DNA of 64,000 nucleotides from a virus: positions 15,653 through 79,652 of the IMG/VR virus record IMGVR_UViG_3300020411_001722; one strand, given 5' to 3'. The notes beneath the pieces are model-generated. The model saw nothing but the letters and a program-made list of their open reading frames with translations. It did not search any database and had not been told where the DNA came from. The translations under genes and the position numbers were made by a program. This document shows positions 57,725-64,000 of the stretch, piece by piece. How positions within the stretch are numbered: the stretch's first letter is position 1; each line of letters opens with the position of its first letter.

Positions 57725-60700
57725 GATAGGCTACTCCTGAAAATTCACTTAAGTTTGCTTCATTGGTGTAACGGAGAGAAAGATCATCCGTTGCTGGATT
57801 AGTTTGATTAATAGCGACACGGAACTTAATCCTGTCCTCATCTTTGTTACTAGTCCAGTACCATTGCTTAGATGATTTATTGTGTGACTCTTGATAGATC
57901 ACCTCAATTGGTGTACGACGTGGGATAGACTGACGTTCTGCTCTACGTTCATACAAACCATTATCTTCCACCCTTACTATACCACCCTCGTCAACCTTAC
58001 CATCAACCTTGGTATGATACTTCCATGTATCTGGCATAGTAAATCCTGGTTCCTGATCAGGATAGAACGGTGTGACATCTGGATCCTCATGTATAGGGTT
58101 CCGTCTAGGTGGATATGATAACTCAAATACATCACCAGCACGATAGTTAGTACCAGTATCAAGTATTTCAACGATCTCTATCCAACACTGCATACGTTCA
58201 TGAGTCCTAGGAACCTTCTGAATGTTCTGTGCTATAGGAATAAACATAACACGTATCTTTGCGTCTCCTAGAGGACTTCTGTCGTTCCTGAGATAATAAT
58301 CTTGGAAGAATGCATCTGGATGGAAGTTAGTATATGCTTCTGGGACTGTAGCAGGTAGACCGTTGTGCGGTGCAAGAATACCATCAAGCATGCCACAACT
58401 CTCTGCTGCTGAATATAATCCATCAACATCCTGTGTACTTGCTGGTTCACCTGTGTCAACACCATCAGCAGTTGGTACTGCATTAGGATGGTCTGCCCAC
58501 CAACCAAAGAGACCACGATCAAACTCACGATGAGTTCCAAATCCAGGCATAGGATTGCATCCAATCCTACTGGTAGCAAATGAAGGGAAACTTAATTCAC
58601 TTTGAACTGAAGTACCAATATGCTTACCAGTATCACCATAGGATACTAAGTATCCACCGAACCCAAACACCCTACGGACTGCAAAGCATCCCTTCTCTTC
58701 ATTATCTGTGTTGTATGGTTGTGTAATGTTTGCTGGATCTGGTTCACCAATCCACATACCACCATAACGATTGTCTCCCTCAGCAAGGATACGTGTGTCA
58801 CCATAGAAGACAGAGAAACATGTGTCGTTACCATCTACATCTGGTCCTTCAGTTGATGCTTGCATCACCTGTGCCTGTGCTGAGTTACGCCACACAGGAC
58901 AACGTACATACCCAGTACTATCACTGTTACCAACACCTGCTAGATCATGACGACCACTAAAATATGACCAAACAAATTCATCATTCTGTGCTGCACCCTT
59001 ATGTCTATACTCTGCCTCCATATTCATTTCAGTAACAGCACCACCCATGATCTGTGCAACAACAGGGTTGTCATTCAAGGTTGCAGGTGCACTAGGTGAT
59101 CCCACAGTATCATTCATGGTAGTACCAAGATTCAATGTAAAGAAATGATCGAATACTTTATCAATCTTATCGTAGAAGGTTAATGATACTGAGTTTGCTG
59201 ACTGGAAGTTACCTGTATCAATTGATGTTACCTCAAAGGTAAGAGTATCATTGACAGCAAGAGTAATATTGTCCTGCAATACTCTACCAATCATAGGCCA
59301 CTGCCTATGGACATGAGTAGCACTGTATATATTTGTACCATTCTTCTTCAGTGTTATCGTAAACTTCATTCCTTCTGCTTGAACACTAGAAGTAATAGAA
59401 CCAAACGACATCAACTGTAAGGTGGTTGCCTTCATTATCTTAACTGTCTGAGTCTTATTAACTGCAACTGTATACTCTCCACTACAAGGACCACATTCAT
59501 AGTCTTGATACTCATTTGAAATGGTAACTGATCCACAACCAGTCCTAGTAACAGTAGCATCCTCAAATCCATACTCAAAGACACGCTCATCACAATTAGA
59601 TCTTGTCTTTATGTCCATCATTACTGGGTCTGGACCTGCATCTCTGTAAACATAACAGGCAATACCCTCATAATTATATGAACTAGCACCAAACTGAAGA
59701 CGATGGAACCCTTTGAAATCATTATAATCCTCATCACCATTAAGTAAGTCCTCCCACCATTGGTAATTGGATGAATCATAACGGACAAACTCTTTCTTAT
59801 TCCAGTTGATCTGTCGGTCTGAGAAGATAGTATAGTTTGACTGAGCACTATTTAAACTAGACCTCCATCCATTACCTGTATCACTAAAGGTAACTAGATC
59901 ACCAACAGCAACAGTATTCCGACGATTACCATCTGGTACCAAGAAGAAACCAATGTACCCACCCTTGTATGTGTTAAGGGTTGTTGGTGCCAATATTAAT
60001 TCACCATATCCTACAGAGTTAGTAGCATCAGGAAGTATAACCTGACCCCACTGTGGTTCACCGTCAGAGTTTGCTAAGTAAACACCCCACGTGTTCTGAT
60101 ATCCAGCAGAACCCTTCTGTACATCATAAAATATAGTTAAAGGTATCTCAACATCATCAGGGATATAATATATCTGACGATTAGGATCAAGAGTAGGTGG
60201 TTGTGTATAACCTATCTTATTAACAGTGTACTTATGATCTCTATCAGTTGCAGTAGCAAGATCCATAGCACCAGTTAAGATCGTAAGTCTACAGTTACAA
60301 TCAGGACCGTCACCATCTTTAAGACACAACTCTCTACTTGATGTTTGAACAATAGGATTATTAGCAGGATTCAATCCTGTATATGTGATTGGAAATGTCT
60401 GAGTACCATTCACATTGATAGGGAATGTACCTGTTACTTCACCACTCTTTCCTGACTGGGTAAGAGTCAGACCACCTACAGTTACAGACTCAAGAGCAAC
60501 ACCTGCTATGCTTGTACTATCATTCCATGATAGTTTCATACTGATAGTACTCTCACCAACACCTGACACAATTATATTCTGTGCTGTTGCATCAAACTCT
60601 CCACTGAAAGGAAGACTACCATTGAAATACCTATGGAGTTCTGAAATATTTTCACCCTCACCTAGGTAAGGTATTGCTTTAGATGATTCTGGGAATACAT

Positions 60701-62117
60701 ATCCAAGAGTCATACCACCTGCCATACCAGCAAGATCCATAGTGACACGTTCACCCTTACCAGGAGAATCAGGTTCACCAGGATTGATAGTTAAGAATGT
60801 ATCTTGTGTTGACTCTGAGAAGAATTTAAATAAAGGAACAGATCCCTGTGCCTCATCCCTCAGTACATAGAATGCTGGTGTAGTGCTAGTTAAAGTATAT
60901 CCAAACGGTGCTGCGGGTACACCGTCAGGTGTAGTTGATCTAAAGTATGTGTGATCTCTACCTTGACCTGAACCAATGATAGTAATACTAACTGATACAG
61001 TTGCCTTACCACCATTAAAAGTGGATGTAAATACATCACCAACAGTAAGAGTAGATGGATCTGGAGACGCAGAGATCCACCAGTCAGAATCATACTCATT
61101 ATCATCCAGAACAGGTGTCACATTAACTGTGAACCCATTGAAACTATGAGTGATAGTAGTAGCACTATTAAAATATTTGTTTCCATGAGGAGAACGTAAC
61201 TTCCTACCGTTCCAATCACCAGCAGAATTAATGCTGACTATAGTATCAACGTGTCTCTCATCAGAGAACGGTTTAAGCATAGGTAGACCAACATTGGTAC
61301 CCTTAGTTGCCTCATAGATAGGTACCCTTTCAGGGAAACAATTCCTTATACATATCTGATCTTGATTACCACTCCATCCACGTGGATAGAATGCTTCACA
61401 GTCACCTTTAGGTGGTTTCCATGTACCTGTTGCAAATGGACGGAAGTAACACTCTAATGTATCACGTACACATTCTTCCCAAGGAGTACCATCCCCTCTA
61501 TTGTCATCACAGAATGCTTCTTCACCTGTCTTAGTATTTCTCCAATGACCTTCACCTTTTTCAGGTATTCTCTCTGCTACACCCTCTTCCTTCCATTTCC
61601 TGATCTTCTCACAATCTCCAGTCAGATCCCACGTTGGCCAGTCAGGTCTCCTAGGATCGATCATAGGTATCTTTAGAATTGGACCGCCACCACCATCACA
61701 TAGAGGATGGTCAGGAAAGAAGTCACAAAACCAATCCCAAGGTGGAATGAGTGGATAATCCCAGTTAGGTGGGAGTGGAACAGGAATATCAATACCAGGA
61801 AGAGTTGTTGGTGCTTTATCTGGATAACATCTTCCAATCAACCCCTGTATCACTTGGTTAGGAGTTAATACTTCTTGTTCTTCTTCTGGTTCTGGTTTAG
61901 GTAAAGGTAAATCACCACGACTAGGTGGTATTGGTGGCAGTGCAGGACCATAACATCTCCCTGCCTCGTCTAACGCATCTTGTACTACCTCATTACCTGT
62001 TGGTTCAGTCGGTGGAGGTGGTGGTGTTTCATGCTGCGGTGCAGGAAACGATCCATCGTCAGCGGGGTTGGGTTCTAATGGTAGTCCGTCAGGACCGTAA
62101 CACTTTTTATCTGCCAT
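57717..62117 (-). CDS. Large virion structural protein (1466 aa)
   Basis: Pro-rich N-terminus, DUF4114-like WEDLLNGDEDYNDF motif, domain shared with the left-edge protein; TAAATA late-type motif upstream. Confidence 0.75.
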   Translation of the reverse strand: MADKKCYGPDGLPLEPNPADDGSFPAPQHETPPPPPTEPTGNEVVQDALDEAGRCYGPALPPIPPSRGDLPLPKPEPEEEQEVLTPNQVIQGLIGRCYPDKAPTTLPGIDIPVPLPPNWDYPLIPPWDWFCDFFPDHPLCDGGGGPILKIPMIDPRRPDWPTWDLTGDCEKIRKWKEEGVAERIPEKGEGHWRNTKTGEEAFCDDNRGDGTPWEECVRDTLECYFRPFATGTWKPPKGDCEAFYPRGWSGNQDQICIRNCFPERVPIYEATKGTNVGLPMLKPFSDERHVDTIVSINSAGDWNGRKLRSPHGNKYFNSATTITHSFNGFTVNVTPVLDDNEYDSDWWISASPDPSTLTVGDVFTSTFNGGKATVSVSITIIGSGQGRDHTYFRSTTPDGVPAAPFGYTLTSTTPAFYVLRDEAQGSVPLFKFFSESTQDTFLTINPGEPDSPGKGERVTMDLAGMAGGMTLGYVFPESSKAIPYLGEGENISELHRYFNGSLPFSGEFDATAQNIIVSGVGESTISMKLSWNDSTSIAGVALESVTVGGLTLTQSGKSGEVTGTFPINVNGTQTFPITYTGLNPANNPIVQTSSRELCLKDGDGPDCNCRLTILTGAMDLATATDRDHKYTVNKIGYTQPPTLDPNRQIYYIPDDVEIPLTIFYDVQKGSAGYQNTWGVYLANSDGEPQWGQVILPDATNSVGYGELILAPTTLNTYKGGYIGFFLVPDGNRRNTVAVGDLVTFSDTGNGWRSSLNSAQSNYTIFSDRQINWNKKEFVRYDSSNYQWWEDLLNGDEDYNDFKGFHRLQFGASSYNYEGIACYVYRDAGPDPVMMDIKTRSNCDERVFEYGFEDATVTRTGCGSVTISNEYQDYECGPCSGEYTVAVNKTQTVKIMKATTLQLMSFGSITSSVQAEGMKFTITLKKNGTNIYSATHVHRQWPMIGRVLQDNITLAVNDTLTFEVTSIDTGNFQSANSVSLTFYDKIDKVFDHFFTLNLGTTMNDTVGSPSAPATLNDNPVVAQIMGGAVTEMNMEAEYRHKGAAQNDEFVWSYFSGRHDLAGVGNSDSTGYVRCPVWRNSAQAQVMQASTEGPDVDGNDTCFSVFYGDTRILAEGDNRYGGMWIGEPDPANITQPYNTDNEEKGCFAVRRVFGFGGYLVSYGDTGKHIGTSVQSELSFPSFATSRIGCNPMPGFGTHREFDRGLFGWWADHPNAVPTADGVDTGEPASTQDVDGLYSAAESCGMLDGILAPHNGLPATVPEAYTNFHPDAFFQDYYLRNDRSPLGDAKIRVMFIPIAQNIQKVPRTHERMQCWIEIVEILDTGTNYRAGDVFELSYPPRRNPIHEDPDVTPFYPDQEPGFTMPDTWKYHTKVDGKVDEGGIVRVEDNGLYERRAERQSIPRRTPIEVIYQESHNKSSKQWYWTSNKDEDRIKFRVAINQTNPATDDLSLRYTNEANLSEFSGVAYHG

Positions 62118-62124
62118 GCATTAT

Positions 62125-62637
62125 TTATTTGAACCAGTTGAAATTAATCACAACTCTTGCTTTGTCATCAGTACATGAGGTACCACGATGCTTAAGACGA
62201 GAAGGAAATATAATCATCTTATTATGAATACTCTGGCACTTCTCACCACTCTCAAACTCTGTATATCCATCACATGTATTAACATAGTACACACCAGTGT
62301 ACATATTATCTAGAATAGAACCAAGAAAATCTGTATGAAAATCATGTTGCTCTATCTCTGGTGTGTTTGGTATTAGATTTGCTTTGACTCTCATCATCGC
62401 ATAACAATTCAACTTCTCTTTAAATAGATTCATTATATCAACACTAAAAGGACTAACGTTACCCTTATTAACGTCGTATAACATGTGAGTAAATTGAAAT
62501 TGTCTTAGATTATTTTCTTCCTTCTCCTCTATATGTGCTATGTGTCTGTGGAAGAACCAATTAATATCACTACCTAAAAATACTTCACGGAGTGCTAGAG
62601 CAGCATCCTTGTCTAAAAAATTAGGAATTGATTCCAT
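62125..62637 (-). CDS. 2OG-Fe(II) oxygenase
   Basis: RVKANL...FHTD...TGVYYVNTCDGYTEF...HRGTSCT...RVVINFNWF. Confidence 0.82.
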   Translation of the reverse strand: MESIPNFLDKDAALALREVFLGSDINWFFHRHIAHIEEKEENNLRQFQFTHMLYDVNKGNVSPFSVDIMNLFKEKLNCYAMMRVKANLIPNTPEIEQHDFHTDFLGSILDNMYTGVYYVNTCDGYTEFESGEKCQSIHNKMIIFPSRLKHRGTSCTDDKARVVINFNWFK

Positions 62638-62779
62638 GATCTCTTTGATCCAAGTTTAGTATGACTATCTTATCACCTTCTATACGGAACTGTAATTCGT
62701 CATCGGGATCCCACATTAACTCTTCATATAATGTGTTGAGTTTATCCATGTCCTCCCATAAGGCATCAGGGTTTGGCAT
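62621..62779 (-). CDS. Small hypothetical protein (52 aa)
   Basis: Manual translation MPNPDALWEDMDKLNTLYEELMWDPDDELQF...; AAGGA RBS and TAAATA upstream. Confidence 0.6.
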   Translation of the reverse strand: MPNPDALWEDMDKLNTLYEELMWDPDDELQFRIEGDKIVILNLDQRDHGINS

Positions 62780-62817
62780 AAAAAAATTCCTTAATTGAAA
62801 TAGTATTTATTGAAAAT

Positions 62818-62876
62818 CCTAGGGGCGAAAAAATACCCCGAATTTTTTTCCGAGGTATTTGTAAATCAAAAGTCGA
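62818..62876. terminator. Hairpin terminator (repeat copy 2)
   Basis: AAATACCCCG-AT7C-CGAGGTATTT; closely similar to 49513-49571. Confidence 0.6.
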
Positions 62877-62883
62877 TTTTGTT

Positions 62884-63585
62884 TCACCCTACTGCGAACC
62901 TTCTTAAGTTTTCGAGTATGTATTTGTATGCTTGAACAATGTCTCCTTCATCTTTACGAAAAAGATCTTTATCGAATCTCTCTTTCGTATCTTTTTTCCA
63001 GAGTCGCATGTTGTCAGGTGATAGTTCATCAGCCAAGAATAAATCCCCGTGAGCATCGTATCCAAACTCCAATTTAAAATCTACAAGGTCAATACCACAA
63101 AGGGTAAACAATGATTGCAACTGATAGTTAACCATCAATGCTTGCTCCTTCATAGGTTGTGGGTCTATACCCATGAGTCTTACCCTATCATAGGTAAGTA
63201 AAGGATCATCCTTAGCATCATCCTTAAGGAAGTACTCCACTATAGGAGGATTGATAAGTGTTCCTTCAGTTATGTTTGTATTCTTTACTATACTACCAGC
63301 AGCAATGTTCCTAACAATAACTTCTACTGGTACGATAGTAAGTTTCCTACACAACATGGTATCTAAACCTTCTGTTCCTAAGAAATGAGTCTTAACACCT
63401 TGCTTCTCCATCATCTCAAAGAGAAGTGCAGATATAAGGCAACAGATTTTACCTTTGTCTTCTGGGAAATCTACTGACCTACCGTTACCAGCAGTAACCT
63501 TGTCATGAAATTTAATAAGAACTTTTGTGGCATCACCGTCAACATCATAGACGGTCTTCACTTTGCCATGCATTATTTCATGCAT
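62884..63585 (-). CDS. purC: SAICAR synthetase
   Basis: GKVKTVY, EVIVRNIAAGS, LVDFKLEFG, LADELSPDNMRLW, DKDLFR. Confidence 0.95.
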   Translation of the reverse strand: MHEIMHGKVKTVYDVDGDATKVLIKFHDKVTAGNGRSVDFPEDKGKICCLISALLFEMMEKQGVKTHFLGTEGLDTMLCRKLTIVPVEVIVRNIAAGSIVKNTNITEGTLINPPIVEYFLKDDAKDDPLLTYDRVRLMGIDPQPMKEQALMVNYQLQSLFTLCGIDLVDFKLEFGYDAHGDLFLADELSPDNMRLWKKDTKERFDKDLFRKDEGDIVQAYKYILENLRRFAVG

Positions 63586-63611
63586 AAAAAAAGGGATCCG
63601 AAGATCCCTTT
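63586..63611 (-). terminator. psbA intrinsic terminator
   Basis: AAAGGGATC-TTCG-GATCCCTTT plus a T run. Confidence 0.8.
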
Positions 63612-63637
63612 AGTATATCATATTGAGTTTTGATATG

Positions 63638-64000
63638 TCAACCTACAGCAGGAGCAACAAGTGCAACCTCAGTAGATGAAACAGCAGCAAGGTCAAGTGG
63701 GAAGTTGTGTGCATTTCTTTCATGCATAACTTCCATACCTAGGTTTGCTCTGTTCAGAACGTCTGCCCATGTAGGAACAACCTTACCTGTAGAAGATACG
63801 ATTGACTGGTTGAAGTTAAATCCATTGAGGTTGAATGCCATTGTGCATATACCCATTGAAGTTAACCAGATACAAACTACAGGGAATGTAGCAAGGAAGA
63901 AGTGAAGACTTCTACTGTTGTTGAATGATGCATACTGGAAGATTAATCTACCGAAGTATCCATGAGCAGCAACAATGTTATAGGTCTCTTCTTCTTGACC
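63638..64000 (-). CDS. psbA: Photosystem II D1 protein, 3' part (truncated at right edge)
   Basis: [36 protein letters not shown]...[17 protein letters not shown]. Confidence 0.98.
   Translation of the reverse strand, partial: GQEEETYNIVAAHGYFGRLIFQYASFNNSRSLHFFLATFPVVCIWLTSMGICTMAFNLNGFNFNQSIVSSTGKVVPTWADVLNRANLGMEVMHERNAHNFPLDLAAVSSTEVALVAPAVG

Overview
A 64-kb segment of a T4-like cyanomyovirus genome, almost entirely encoded on the minus strand. The D1 fragment has Prochlorococcus-type signatures ([21 protein letters not shown]), so the host is probably Prochlorococcus. Left to right: (1) a truncated large virion protein gene, an AbrB-like ORF and an NlpC/P60 gene; (2) an AT-rich intergenic region with divergent sigma70-type promoters and tandem TTTTCCACA (DnaA-box-like) motifs, a candidate origin; (3) an early region of tiny, often acidic ORFs with a recurring module of a 26-bp imperfect palindrome 27-28 bp upstream of a -10 box; (4) an SF2 helicase, a ~150-nt highly paired non-coding element and a beta-class DNA methyltransferase; (5) a tight run of six 2OG-Fe(II)/JmjC oxygenases, two related CP-motif proteins and a flavin-dependent halogenase, directly downstream of glycine-rich fibre genes; (6) tail and baseplate genes (gp5, gp51, gp26, gp2, gp4, gp48, gp53, tape-measure-like and lysozyme proteins) with an HNH endonuclease, cpeT and CP12; (7) gp32, gp33, exonuclease, phoH, pcyA, thyX, glutaredoxin, three tRNAs (Leu-UAA, Arg-UCU, Ile-UAU), a small OMP-like gene with a structured leader, a 1466-aa virion protein, purC and the 3' end of psbA. 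The best candidates for undescribed biology are the halogenase/oxygenase tailoring operon, the palindromic operator regulon, the candidate DnaA-box origin and two structured RNA elements. All calls come from reading motifs by eye; no database searches were run.
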